NCBI GenBank assembly: GCA_002269645.1
Contig: NIVC01001703.1
Span: 55,613 to 119,612 of the forward strand
Direction: 5' to 3'
DNA length: 64,000 nt
Origin: Macrostomum lignano
Lineage: Eukaryota
The position numbers were made by a program, and so were the translations under genes. Under the pieces are notes generated by a model that saw only the letters and a list, made by a program, of their open reading frames with translations, had not been told where the DNA came from and ran no database searches. Within the stretch, counting starts at the first letter, position 1. Every line of letters begins with the position of its first letter. Shown here one piece after another: positions 12,601-27,081 of this stretch.

Positions 12601-15600
12601 ACTAATTGACTGACACTGTTTGACTGACACTAATTGACTGACACTAATTGACTGACACTATTTAATTGACACTAATTGACTGACACTAATTGACTGACAC
12701 TATTTAACTGACACTAATTGACTGACACTAATTGACTGACACTAATTGACTGACACTAATTGACTGACACTGTTTGACTGACACTGTTTGACTGACACTA
12801 TTTGACTGACACTAATTGACTGACACTATTTAACTGACACTAATTGACTGACACTATTTAACTGACACTGTTTGACTGACACTATTTAACTGACACTAAT
12901 TGACTGACACTGTTTGACTGACACTAATTGACTGACACTAATTGACTGACACTGTTTGACTGTCACTGTTTGACTGACACTGTTTGACTGACACTATTTA
13001 ACTGACACTATTTAACTGACACTAATTGACTGACACTATTTAACTGACACTAATTGACTGACACTATTTAACTGACACTAATTGACTGACACTATTTAAC
13101 TGACACTAATTGACTGACACTGTTTGACTGACACTATTTAACTGACACTATTTAACTGACACTAATTGACTGACACTATTTAACTGACACTAATTGACTG
13201 GCACTATTTAACTGACACTAATTGACTGACACTGTTTGACTGACACTATTTAACTGACACTATTTAACTGACACTATTTAACTGACACTAATTTACTGAC
13301 ACTATTTAACTGACACTAATTGACTGACACTATTTAACTGACACTAATTGACTGACACTATTTAACTGACACTAATTGACTGACACTATTTAACTGACAC
13401 TAATTAACTGACACTATTTAACTGACACTAATTGACTGACACTGTTTGACTGACACTATTTAACTGACACTGTTTGACTGACACTATTTAACTGACACTA
13501 ATTGACTGACACGGTTTGACTGACACTAATTGACTGACACTGTTTGACTGACACTGTTTGACTGGTACTGTTTGACTGACACTAATTGACTGACACTATT
13601 TAACTGACACTATTTAACTGACACTATTTAACTGACACTATTTAACTGACACTAATTGACTGACACTATTTAACTGACACTAATTGACTGACACTAATTG
13701 ACTGACACTATTTAACTGACACTATTTAACTGACACTATTTAACTGACACTATTTAACTGACACTATTTAACTGACACTAATTGACTGACACTAATTGAC
13801 TGACACTAATTGACTGACACTAATTGACTGACACTATTTGACTGTCACTGTTTGACTGACACTAATTGACTGACACTGTTTGACTGACACTGTTTGACTG
13901 ACACTATTTAACTGACACTAATTGACTGACACTAATTGACTGACACTATTTAACTGACACTAATTGACTGACACTAATTGACTGACACTAATTGACTGAC
14001 ACTGTTTGACTGACACTGTTTGACTGACACTATTTAACTGACACTATTTAACTGACACTAATTGACTGACACTAATTGACTGTCACTGTTTGACTGACAC
14101 TATTTGACTGACACTATTTGACTGACACTAATTGACTGACACTATTTAACTGACACTATTTAACTGACACTGTTTGACTGACACTAATTGACTGACACTA
14201 ATTGATTGTCACTGTTTGACTGTCACTGTTTGACTGACACTGTTTGACTGACACTGTTTGACTGACACTATTTGACTGACACTATTTGACTGACACTGTT
14301 TGACTGACACTATTTGACTGACACTAATTGACTGACACTGTTTGACTGACACTGTTTGACTGACACTGTTTGACTGACACTATTTGACTGTCACTGTTTG
14401 ACTGACACTAATTGACTGTCACTGTTTGACTGACACTGTTTGACTGACACTGTTTGACTGACACTAATTGACTGACACTGTTTGACTGACACTGTTTGAC
14501 TGACACTAATTGACTGTCACTGTTTGACTGACACTGTTTGACTGACTATTTGACTGACACTAATTGACTGACACTAATTGACTGTCACTGTTTGACTGAC
14601 ACTAATTGACTGACACTATTTGACTGACACTAATTGACTGACACTATTTAACTGACACTATTTAACTGACACTAATTGACTGACACTAATTGACTGTCAC
14701 TGTTTGACTGTCACTGTTTGACTGACACTGTTTGACTGACACTGTTTGACTGACACTAATTGACTGACACTGTTTGACTGACACTGTTTGACTGACACTA
14801 ATTGACTGACACTGTTTGACTGACACTGTTTGACTGACACTGTTTGACTGACACTAATTGACTGACACTGTTTGACTGTCACTGTTTGACTGACACTGTT
14901 TGACTGACACTAATTGACTGTCACTGTTTGACTGTCACTGTTTGACAGACACTGACTGACACTGTTTGACTGACACTGTTTGACTGACACTAATTGACTG
15001 GCACTATTTAACTGACACTAATTGACTGACACTATTTAACTGACACTAATTGACTGGCACTATTTAACTGACACTAATTGACTGACACTGTTTGACTGAC
15101 ACTATTTAACTGATACTATTTAACTGACACTAATTGACTGACACTATTTAACTGACACTAATTGACTGACACTATTTAACTGACACTAATTGACTGACAC
15201 TATTTAACTGACACTGTTTGACTGACACTAATTGACTGACACTAATTGACTGACACTATTTAACTGACACTAATTGACTGACACTGTTTGACTGTCACTG
15301 TTTGACTGTCACTGTTTGACAGACACTGACTGGCACTATTTGACTGACACTATTTAACTGACACTAATTGACTGACACTATTTAACTGACACTAATTGAC
15401 TGACACTATTTAACTGACACTAATTGACTGACACTATTTAACTGACACTAATTGACTGACACTGTTTGACTGACACTGTTTGACTGACACTGTTTGACTG
15501 ACACTGTTTGACTGACACTATTTGACTGACACTAATTGACTGACACTGTTTGACTGACACTGTTTGACTGACACTATTTGACTGACACTAATTGACTGAC

Positions 15601-18600
15601 ACTAATTGACTGTCACTGTTTGACTGACACTATTTGACTGACACTATTTGACTGACACTAATTGACTGACACTATTTAACTGACACTATTTAACTGACAC
15701 TAATTGACTGACACTAATTGACTGTCACTGTTTGACTGTCACTGTTTGACTGACACTGTTTGACTGACACTGTTTGACTGACACTATTTGACTGACACTA
15801 ATTGACTGACACTGTTTGACTGACACTATTTGACTGACACTAATTGACTGACACTGTTTGACTGACACTGTTTGACTGACACTGTTTGACTGACACTATT
15901 TGACTGTCACTGTTTGACTGACACTAATTGACTGTCACTGTTTGACTGACACTGTTTGACTGACACTATTTGACTGACACTAATTGACTGACACTGTTTG
16001 ACTGACACTGTTTGATTGACACTGTTTGACTGACACTAATTGACTGACACTATTTAACTGACACTAATTGACTGACACTAATTGCCTGACACTAATTGAC
16101 TGACACTAATTGACTGACACTATTTGACTGTCACTGTTTGACTGACACTAATTGACTGACACTGTTTGACTGACACTGTTTGACTGACACTGTTTGACTG
16201 ACACTAATTGACTGACACTGTTTGACTGACACTGTTTGACTGACACTGTTTGACTGACACTAATTGACTGACACTGTTTGACTGACACTAATTGACTGTC
16301 ACTGTTTGACTGACACTGTTTGACTGACACTGTTTGACTGACACTATTTGACTGTCACTGTTTGACTGACACTAATTGACTGTCACTGTTTGACTGACAC
16401 TGTTTGACTGACACTGTTTGACTGACACTAATTGACTGACACTGTTTGACTGACACTGTTTGACTGACACTAATTGACTGACACTGTTTGACTGACACTG
16501 TTTGACTGACACTAATTGACTGACACTGTTTGACTGTCACTGTTTGACTGACACTGTTTGACTGACACTAATTGACTGTCACTGTTTGACTGACACTGTT
16601 TGACTGACACTAATTGACTGACACTATTTAACTGACACTAATTGACTGACACTATTTAACTGACACTAATTGACTGACACTGTTTGACTGACACTATTTA
16701 ACTGACACTATTTAACTGACACTAATTGACTGACACTAATTGACTGACACTGTTTGACTGACACTGTTTGACTGACACTAATTGACTGACACTAATTGAC
16801 TGACACTGTTTGACTGACACTAATTGACTGACACTATTTAACTGACACTATTTAACTGACACTAATTGACTGACACTATTTAACTGACACTAATTGACTG
16901 ACACTATTTGACTGACACTAATTGACTGACACTAATTGACTGACACTGTTTGACTGACACTGTTTGACTGACACTAATTGACTGACACTGTTTGACTGAC
17001 ACTAATTGACTGACACTATTTAACTGACACTAATTGACTGACACTAATTGACTGACACTAATTGACTGACACTAATTGACTGACACTAATTGACTGACAC
17101 TAATTGACTGACACTAATTGACTGACACTAATTGACTGACACTAATTGACTGACACTAATTGACTGACACTATTTAACTGACACTAATTGACTGACACTA
17201 ATTGACTGACACTATTTGACTGACACTAATTGACTGACACTAATTGACTGACACTATTTGACTGACACTAATTGACTGACACTATTTAACTGACACTAAT
17301 TGACTGACACTGTTTGACTGACACTGTTTGACTGTCACTGTTTGACTGTCACTGTTTGACAGACACTGACTGGCACTGTTTGACTGACACTAATTGACTG
17401 ACACTATTTAACTGACACTAATTGACTGACACTAATTGACTGACACTAATTGACTGACACTAATTGACTGACACTAATTGACTGACACTAATTGACTGAC
17501 ACTAATTGACTGACACTAATTGACTGACACTAATTGACTGACACTAATTGACTGACACTATTTAACTGACACTAATTGACTGACACTAATTGACTGACAC
17601 TATTTGACTGACACTAATTGACTGACACTAATTGACTGACACTGTTTGACTGACACTAATTGACTGACACTATTTAACTGACACTAATTGACTGACACTG
17701 TTTGACTGACACTGTTTGACTGTCACTGTTTGACTGTCACTGTTTGACAGACACTGACTGGCACTGTTTGACTGACACTGTTTGACAGACACTGACTGGC
17801 ACTGTTTGACTGTCACTGTTTGACTGACACTGTTTGACTGTCACTGTTTGACTGACACTGTTTAACTGTCACTGTTTGACTGACACTGTTTGACTGTCAC
17901 TGTTTGACTGTCACTGTTTGACTGACACTGTTTGACTGGCACTGTTTGACTGACATTGTTTGACTGACACTGTTTGACTGACACTGTTTGACTGACACTA
18001 ATTGACTGACACTGTTTGACTGACACTAATTGACTGACACTATTTAACTGACACTAATTGACTGACACTAATTGACTGACATTAATTGACTGACACTAAT
18101 TGACTGACACTAATTGACTGACACTAATTGACTGACACTAATTGACTGACACTATTTAACTGACACTAATTGACTGACACTAATTGACTGACACTATTTG
18201 ACTGACACTAATTGACTGACACTAATTGACTGACACTGTTTGACTGACACTGTTTGACTGACACTAATTGACTGACACTATTTAACTGACACTAATTGAC
18301 TGACACTGTTTGACTGACACTGTTTGACTGTCACTGTTTGACTGTCACTGTTTGACAGACACTGACTGGCACTGTTTGACTGACACTGTTTGACTGACAC
18401 TGTTTGACTGTCACTGTTTGACAGACACTGACTGGCACTGTTTGACTGTCACTGTTTGACAGACACTGACTGGCACTGTTTGACTGTCACTGTTTGACTG
18501 ACACTGTTTGACTGTCACTGTTTGACTGACACTGTTTAACTGTCACTGTTTGACTGACACTGTTTGACTGTCACTGTTTGACTGTCACTGTTTGACTGAC

Positions 18601-18690
18601 ACTAATTGACTGACACTGTTTGACTGGCACTGTTTGACTGACATTGTTTGACTGACACTGTTTGACTGACACTGTGACTGACAGCTGTTC
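9660..18690. repeat. ~9-kb satellite array of a 14-bp unit (TGACTGACAC + TGTT/TAAT/TATT), ~640 copies
   Basis: Period-14 array with three main variants and rare diagnostic variants; both edges decay into unique sequence. Confidence 0.98.
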
Positions 18691-19036
18691 GACTGGGAGC
18701 TAGTTGACTGACAGCTATTTAGGTTAACAGTTGAGGTTGGCAGTGAAAAGTCGCAGGCCCGCCTCAGTACATGTGCATGCGCAGTACATTTACAGGTTGA
18801 GTGTACATTAACGTCAAGCCACATAATCTAAAAGAATATTACTAGATACAAGCTAAGCTGTCGCAAACTGAGATAGATGGTTTTATTGCTGAACAGCTAC
18901 AGGTACTACTATTATAGAGTAGACAGTTAACATTGCAGTCAGTAAGCTGATACTTCATGTATCTATCTGTATATACAATTTGTAGTTGACTTGCATCCCG
19001 CGTGAGCTGCACGCAGATCTGATTGATGACTGTGCA

Positions 19037-19256
19037 TCAGATGTGCTCGCTGAAGCAGCAGCCCTCGGCGTTGGCCAGCCTGCCGCAGCAGTCCCACACG
19101 AACAGGACATCAGCCAGACGGCCCTGGCTGCTGTGCTGCTCCACCCGCTGCCGGCCCTTCGAATGGTACTTGCAGGCGAACTTGTTGTTGTCAACCAGAC
19201 GGTAGAGCTTCTGGCAGCGAAGGCACCGGGTGACTGACGTCTTTGCTGGCATCACC

Positions 19257-19297
<41 letters not shown>

Positions 19298-19525
19298 AGC
19301 TCCGCGACTTCGCTTCTGCGTGTTTCTTGCCAAATTCAGAATCGGCAAGCTGTTGTTGACTGCAGCGGCAGAGCTTGCTGCTGCCACTGCTGCTGCTGTT
19401 GCTCCATCTGCTGCTGCTGTAGTCTTTGATGTTGTAGTTTTCATCGCTTCCAGATGCGTTGTTGTTGGCGGATGTGGAGGCGGGAGCGGCTGACGGTACG
19501 TGAAGGCGTGCTTCATTGAGGCCAC
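19037..19525 (-). CDS. Terminal exon of an uncharacterised ~601-aa coiled-coil protein; low-complexity/polyQ linker, then a C-x2-C...C-x-YH...W-x-CC...GC...H Cys/His domain
   Basis: TTTCAG|GTG acceptor at 19526/19525 (phase 0); stop at 19039-19037. The C-terminus RCLRCQKLY...ACKYHSKG...WDCCGRLANAEGCCFSEHI resembles CHORD-, Btk- and REXO1-type zinc-binding patterns. Confidence 0.8.
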
Positions 19526-19710
19526 CTGAAATTTTATGTGCGATTATGGATGGCTGCCTGCCAGGGTTCTGTGAGGAATGGCCTTCATTAGCAGAATGAG
19601 ACCAGTTCCACACATCTCGCATCAAGCATTTTTCTCACTCCACTCTCTCCTCTCTACTCTCTCATCTCTCCTCCCCTCTTCTCTCGGCCCTCATGAATTT
19701 TCCCTCCCAC

Positions 19711-20391
19711 CTGTTTTTCATAAGCGGCCAGCTGCTTGGCCTTCTCCTTGGCGTCCTCCTCGGCGGTGCGAAGCGCCTTGGCCAGCGCGTGCAGATCCCG
19801 ACGCAGACGAGCATTCTCGGTCAGCGAGTCGGCGAGAGGATCGGACTGAGGCTGCTCTGTCTGAGTGGCATCGTCAGTGGGGTCAGGCTGCTGAGTTGGC
19901 TGTTGAGTTGGCTGCTGGTGCCGGGGCCTCAGCGGCACAACGGCAATATCCGAGGGTTTAGCGCCGGCAAGCACGCGAACTCCCCGCTTCCAGCCGAGAA
20001 TCGCGCCGGCCACGATTTGGTCCCGCTGAGTCGAATGAGGCGGCTGCTGCTGCTGCTGCTGAGCATTGGGGATAATTTTCCCGTTGGCGTCTCCTCCGTC
20101 TGACATCGGCACCGAGCTGCTCATAGCGGAGCCGCAGGCTGAGCAGTATGCTTGAAGTGGCTTCTGGTGCTGCTGCTCACGGGTGAGCTGCTCGCACCGG
20201 TTCTGCAGCTCGCGAATGGCCTGAAATTTGAGATTTGGGAAAGTTGCAGTTCTCTGCTTCGATTCAAGTTCTTTTAGGGCACGAAAATTGGCCCAGGGGG
20301 ATGTTGTGCGATTCGCAGCCATGAGAGCCAGCCGACAAGGCACACAGAGTGTACCTGCTTGACTATTGGAAAGTCGGGGTCGCCGTACACC
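19711..20391 (-). CDS. Exon 3 of the coiled-coil/Cys-His protein (two CxxC motifs, Q-rich, coiled coil)
   Basis: CCCAG| acceptor at 20392, CAG|GTGGGA donor at 19710, 227 codons, phase 0/0. Heptad-like segment LTENARLRRDLHALAKALRTAEEDAKEK. Confidence 0.75.
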
Positions 20392-20439
20392 CTGGGTGAG
20401 CGAGTGCGTGCCTATCCGTGTGCGATCGCTTGAAAGAAA

Positions 20440-20995
20440 GGGAGCGAGGCGATAGCAGAGAGGGGGAAGAGGGCGAAGAGTGGGGAGAGAGGGGGAGAGA
20501 AGTGGGAGAGTGGACCGTGAGGAGAGAGGAGAGATGGGAGAGGGGAGAGGGGAGGGAGGGGAGAGGAGGAGAGGGGAGAGAGGGGAGATGGGAGAGAGGG
20601 GAGAGAGGAGAGATGGAAGAGAGGGCAGAGGAGGAGAGGGGTGAGAGGGGAGATGGGAGAGAGGGGAGAGGGAAGAGAGGGGAGAGAGGAGAGATGGAAG
20701 AGAGGGCAGAGGAGGAGAGGGAAGAGATGGGAGAGAGGAGAGAGGGAAGAGAGGGCAGAGGAGGAGAGGGGAGAGAGGGGAGATGGGAGAGAGGGGAGAG
20801 GGAAGAGATGGGGGAGAGGAAAGAGGGAAGAGAGGGCAGAGGAGGAGAGGGGAGAGAGGGGAGAGGGAAGAGATGGGGGAGAGGAAAGAGGGAAGAGAGG
20901 GCAGAGGAGGAGAGGGGAGAGAGGGGAGAGGGAAGAGATGGGAGAGGGAAGAGAGGGGAGAGGGAAGAGAGGGGAGAGTGGAGAGAGGGGAGTGG
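20440..20995. repeat. Purine-rich (GGAGA/GAGG) low-complexity minisatellite in an intron of the minus-strand gene
   Basis: Almost exclusively A/G; lies between the donor at 21055 and the acceptor at 20392. Confidence 0.9.
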
Positions 20996-21055
20996 TAGGA
21001 GGGTGTCGCAACAGATGGAGAATTTCGCCCAAGCCCTGCAGCCCCAGCAGCCCAC

Positions 21056-21526
21056 CTTGTACAAGTCGACCCCGCGGCCGCTCAGCCCTTCGTCACCGGT
21101 GGCGCCAGCCGCGAGCAGCCGGGCGCAGTGGCGCCTCTCCTGAGCCAGCTGGGTGAGCCGTGCCTCCAGCTTGGCATTGATGGATTTCAGCTCTCGGATG
21201 AAATTCTCATAGTGCCAGGCCAGCTCCGAAGCCGCGCTCGCCTTCTCCAGAGCCTCGGACAGCTGCTCCCGCAGTTGAGCAGTTTCAGCCGAGTCCGCTT
21301 CCGCTTCCCCTGGTTCAGATTGCACTTCCGGGTTTGCCTCCTCCTCCTCTTTCTCTTCTTCCTCTTCCCTGTAGTCCGTGAACTGTTTCTGAAGCTTGTA
21401 TTCCCCATCAGCGTCGCTTCCGGTTAACTGCAGCGTCAACTTCCGGTGCCGCTCCAGCTCCTCCATGGCTTTAGACATCGAGCTCTGCGATTGGGATGGG
21501 AGCTGATTGAAGTGGCGATTTGCGTG
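21056..21526 (-). CDS. Exon 2 of the coiled-coil/Cys-His protein (acidic coiled coil)
   Basis: TCTCAG| acceptor at 21527, AAG|GTGGGC donor at 21055, 157 codons, phase 0/0. Encodes MSKAMEELERHRKL...ELKSINAKLEARLTQLAQER. Confidence 0.78.
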
Positions 21527-21544
21527 CTGAGATAAAGGGAGGGG

Positions 21545-22000
21545 AGGAGAGACTGGGAGAGTGATGGGGAGAGTGATGGGGAGAGTGATGGGGAAAGTGA
21601 TGGGGAGAGTGATGGGGAAAGTGATGGGAAGACTGATGGGGAGAGTGATGGGGTGAGTGATGGGAAGAGTGATGGGCAGAGTGATGGGGAGAGTGATGGG
21701 GAGAGTGATGGGGAGAGTGATGGGGAGAGTGATCGGGAGAGTGATGGGGAAAGTGATGGGAAGAGTGATGGGGAGAGTGATGGGGGAGAGTGATGGGGAG
21801 AGTGATGGGGAGAGTGATGGGGAGAGTGATGGGGAGAGTGATGGGGGAGAGTGATGGGGAGAGTGATGGGGAGAGTGATGGAAAGACTGAGGGGGAGAGT
21901 GATGGGGAGAGCGATGGGGGGGAGTGATGGGGAGAGTGATGGGGAGAGTGATGGGGAGAGTGATGGGGAGAGTGATGGGGAGAGTGATGGGGGACAGTGA
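21545..22000. repeat. 12-bp minisatellite (GGGGAGAGTGAT)n in intron 1 of the minus-strand gene
   Basis: Direct reading. Confidence 0.93.
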
Positions 22001-22069
22001 GGGAGAATGAAGGAGAATGAGGGTAGAGCTCAGGGAGAATTATGCGAAGGATCCCCAGTCAAGGCTCAC

Positions 22070-22234
22070 CCTCCAGCCGTTCCTCTCGTGCTGCAGCTGT
22101 GTCTGCAGAAAATTGCCCATCATCAGCCTGTCCAGGTCGTCCAGCTTCTTTGACAAGCTGGGATTTGAAGCCAAAAACTCGTCGGTTTTTCGACGCAAAT
22201 CGCCATCGATGCTGTGCCGCTCTGAGGCCGGCAT
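22070..22234 (-). CDS. First coding exon of the coiled-coil/Cys-His protein (MPASERHSIDGDLRRKTDEFLASNPSLSKKLDDLDRLMM...GWR)
   Basis: ACAGCC-ATG context with an in-frame TGA nine codons upstream; AGG|GTGAGC donor at 22069; phase 0 matches exon 2. Confidence 0.7.
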
Positions 22235-22469
22235 GGCTGTTGCCAGTTCGAATTTGGCTCAACAGCAGCAACAGACCGGGGATAGCAACAGGCTCGCCTG
22301 AGCGCCTGAGCGCTTTTTTATTAACCTGCGATAAAACAAACGAGACAGAAAATGAGCGACTGGCAGAGTGGGTGCACTTGTGTCTGCCTGCTCAAGCCAC
22401 TCGATGTAGCCACTCGTATGCGAGCATGCAGCTTTCTGCTCTCTTACCCGGCTCTCAACGCTCTGAGCT

Positions 22470-22636
<167 letters not shown>

Positions 22637-23274
22637 CCAAGCCTTTTGTTGCTCCTTTCTTAGAAATTTTTTTATTCTCATCGCTAGCCCAAGCACAGCT
22701 TTTGTATATTCTCAGCATTTATTCTGCATCAACATTTCTATTGTTTCTTGACACCCTGTACTTTTTATTACACTTTTTACTTTTACTCTTTTGCTTATCG
22801 TACAATTGCTCTTTTTTTAGTTTTTGAGGGCCTTTCACCTTATTTATTTATTTATTGATTTACTGCTTATTTATTTATTGAGCGTCAATTTTGTAAAGTG
22901 CTTAGAGTCACTCTTTCCCCTTTTTAGACACCGGTGCAGTCGCACTATTCCATTATTTATTTCGTGTGTAGGATCGCTGCAGCCCACGTGCGGTTCACTT
23001 TATTTGTGCACTGTTTTTTATTTTGCATTTTCAACTCTAATAGTGTTTTATCGACTCACACCAAGTGTACATACCGTACGCTCTCTATCTACCTGCCTAC
23101 TCTCTCTCCCCTCTAACCCGCCTATTTAATAACTTTTACAACACCACTTGTCGCTACTTTTCATTTGCCCTGACGAAGAATTTACCTAATTCGAAATATC
23201 GGCAACTTAAATCATCTTGACTTGTTTGTCCTTTTTACATGTACCGCGTCCGTGCCTGAGATTGGAGGCGCCCT

Positions 23275-23282
23275 CCTCTCTC

Positions 23283-23375
<93 letters not shown>

Positions 23376-23427
23376 CCGAGCAGAAATACAGTGTCAGACA
23401 GAGCGGATCGGCTGCGGGACTCTGCAT
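23275..23427. repeat. (CT)n tract followed by the same 56-bp cassette (copy 2)
   Basis: CAAGCCGAGCAGAAATACAGTGTCAGACAGAGCGGATCGGCTGCGGGACTCTGCAT in both copies. Confidence 0.9.
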
Positions 23428-23601
23428 GCTGTTGCAGAGAATTCAATGGCTGGAGCAGCTACCCACCGCATGATTGTCATTGAGCGCCTTTGTGAGAAAC
23501 AAGAATTGGCTCGAGATTTTTAGAGTTCTTCAAGTTGTAACTGTTTAAGCTGCGAACTGTACTGCTGAATTACGGTGGGGCCACCGGTGCGCTTGGCAGG
23601 T

Positions 23602-24182
<581 letters not shown>

Positions 24183-25686
24183 GCAGATCCATATAGCTGC
24201 CAGTCAGACCCACCGGCTATTTTACTTAATTTTAACTTACAGGCCTTTGTATTTTATATACAGTTTTCAAGTGATAAGTTGATATCGAATATGTACTCGT
24301 AAACAATTGCCGGAAAGAAAGAAAGTTAATTGAAGAAACATCAAGGGGTCAAGCAACAAACGAAATAGTTAAAAATTACTTTCGGGCATCATTATTTTTT
24401 CATGCCAAACAGCTGAAATAAAAGAGAAGTGAACATAATTTTCCCACTCCTTTTAAACTGATATTTATTCAAAAACTTCCTAAAATTACTAAACTGGAAA
24501 ATTTCTAGAATATTAGCTTTGCTGTGGATAAATAGATTGAGGGCTTTAGAGCATAATTTTATGCATTAGTCAGAAATCGACTTTACATTCACGATATTTT
24601 TCACGAGTTTAGCTGATTAGAAGTGTTAACGGACGATTTTTAAAAATGGAACGACTTTGCTTCTTTCCAGATCCAAAACGTTTTCAGGTTATCCAACAGT
24701 TGTTTCAGCTGTATTCATGCGATTTTGTTAGTTTGAATCACAGATTCGAAAATAACTAGATGGGCCACTCAGTCACTCAGTAAAACAACTTTCTACTTTT
24801 TTAATTCAGTAGCAAAGAAGAAAAAGTATCTATTTTTTAAAAAAGGCATCTGAATTGAAATTGAAATGACTTTTGTAAGTTTAGAAGCCCAAGCTTGCAG
24901 GCGTAAACAATTTGCTAATTGGTTCAGCAATAATGTACATTGGCCACTGAATGTACATGGCAGCTTTAGGCTGGAATTCCGAGAAAGGCAAGAAAAATTG
25001 GGGCGGGCGGATGGGGTAGTGTGGAAAAGCGCGGTTGGAGGGTTTAAGCTGGGGGGGGGGGTAAGAGCCAATAAATGAGCCTTGGCTTTCAAAATACATA
25101 AAGATGGTTCTGTTTGACTTGCTACTGAACTGAAATTAGTTTACACGCAAATGAGATGAGTGGCTCATCTAGTTATTCTATAGTATCTGTGGTGGTCTAT
25201 ATATGGTTTCATCGTTGGGCATTCTTGTCATTCGAATCGCCTCGTGACTCGTCGTCTGGGTCTCCTCGATTGTCCCCTCTACCGTCTTGACCGTCTTACT
25301 GCCGACCGCTTTGTCTTTGAACGCTGATCTGCCTAAAAATATCCAAGTGACGCAGATGCCTGCCCACTATAGTGTTCCTTGAGTTGTACTCGGTTGCCTT
25401 GAAGCGGAGAACGGAGCATGGTGCTTTGTGTTCGATTTGGACCAGTGCAAATTGTATTTAGACACCTATTGCGCAATCGCTAGTATCCAGGAGTTTTCTA
25501 TTCAAGCATATAGTTTGAAGCTTGCATTTACCTGCTAATATATAATTAGCTACCGTAAATCATGTCAGCCAGGTGCGATGGCATAGACATCTGCATTCTG
25601 ATGACTGCAGCGCTTGTTAAAAGCTTTTCTCCCCTAACGTTTCTACGCTCGTATTCCATTTTTGCTACTAACTAGGAATTGGGTGC

Positions 25687-27018
25687 TCAAAAGAGTGAAT
25701 AGAGGTCATTTCCTTTCCCAATAATAAACAAGCGACCCCCGACCTCTTGTGCACTCACGTTACTCATCCTGATTCTTGCGCAAAGGGAGCCGGAAGCCAA
25801 AGCCAGAAGCATTTGCTGCTTCGTCACTTTGAAGCCGCACAGGTGCTTCTCAATCAAAGACACAACCGGCCCGATTTCATTAACCAGCTTCGGGCAGTCG
25901 ACTATTTGGCCGTTTGCTGCTGTGACACCCAGGCAGCGAGTCTGCACAAGCTTGTCCACAGCCAGCGACTTGGCCGAAGCCACCGTCAGGGAGTTGTCGT
26001 CGCCCTCCGGACACCGAATATAGCCCAGAGATGCACCTGCCGCCTCCTCCAGCTCCGGTGTGACAAGCTGACCCATTTTGAAGAGAGCAGCGGCTCTGAG
26101 ATAGGCTTTGCCGACCTGAGCGCTGTCTGGAATCTGGCGCTCGACGTCCGACAAAAGTTGAGTCAATCTGCCAGACCGAGACCCGACCGGAGCTTCACTC
26201 CTGATGCTTAACCAAAGCTCAGTTGCCGTCTGCATTGTGGAAACGTATTCTGTCAAGCTGAAATCACTGCATTCCAGTAACTCTACTGCTAGAAGGTAGT
26301 AAGAGAGAAACGAAAGGAGAATCACGTTGACCTCAAATTTAGGCAGAGACTCTCTGAACGGTTTCAGGTCGCTGAGCAGGTTGTCTGCTGACTGACGGAC
26401 GGCTGCTACAATCCTCGATTTTGAGTCGTGCTCTCGCTTGAAGAACACTCTGGCGTCACCCAAGAAAAAAATGTCTCATGCAGGCGTCCTCGGAGTCTGA
26501 GCTCTCCATCATTGCCACGAGAATGTCTAACGACTGCTGCACCAGCGCCAGCAGGTTGTCCGACTTCCAGTCCTTCGCCGGTGTCTCGTCGAGCATGTAG
26601 AACAGCAAGTTTTTGCCAACGTACGTCTTCAGACCGCTCACTCTGCTGCCGATCACCCTCTTGATGAGGAACTTGACGAGGATGAAGAACTGGCCCTGCA
26701 CGGTGGTGAGATGCTGCATGACGGACCTTTCCAGCAGGGTTGTGCTCACTCGAAGTCGGCTGCCCTCTAGACCGGGCGGCGCACTGCTGACGGCGTGGCA
26801 CCTTGGCGTCTCGCCCAGCACCTCTTCTCTGAGCGCCCTCATGATGTCATCGGACATGCAAGTCCTGTATCCGGGCCGCAGCAGCTCGATGTGAGGGTAG
26901 CCGCAGCAGGAATGCGCCAAAATCAGGTCTATTGCAGGCAACATCCGCGACACTTCGAATGCGATATTCGGCGCTAAAACTGCATTTTCAGGACACATGT
27001 AGATGATAAATTTCGTTT
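25687..27018 (-). CDS. Mab-21/cGAS-like nucleotidyltransferase (cGLR), main exon; one extra T in a T7 run (26471-26465) breaks the frame (pseudogene or consensus error)
   Basis: Motifs IDLILA..C.GYP, HAV, RVSTTLLERSVM, LVKFLIK, GLKTYVGKNLLFYMLDE, W.SDNL and RHFF match the Mab-21 core and C-terminal helical bundle pattern. Removing one T joins ORF 26456-26998 to ORF 25687-26463 (MRHFFLG-DARVFF). Acceptor TACAG at 27019. Confidence 0.82.
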
Positions 27019-27081
27019 CTGTACATATCTAAATTTCATATCTAATGCATTAGTATGATATTATAGCGAGAATTTCCTTAC

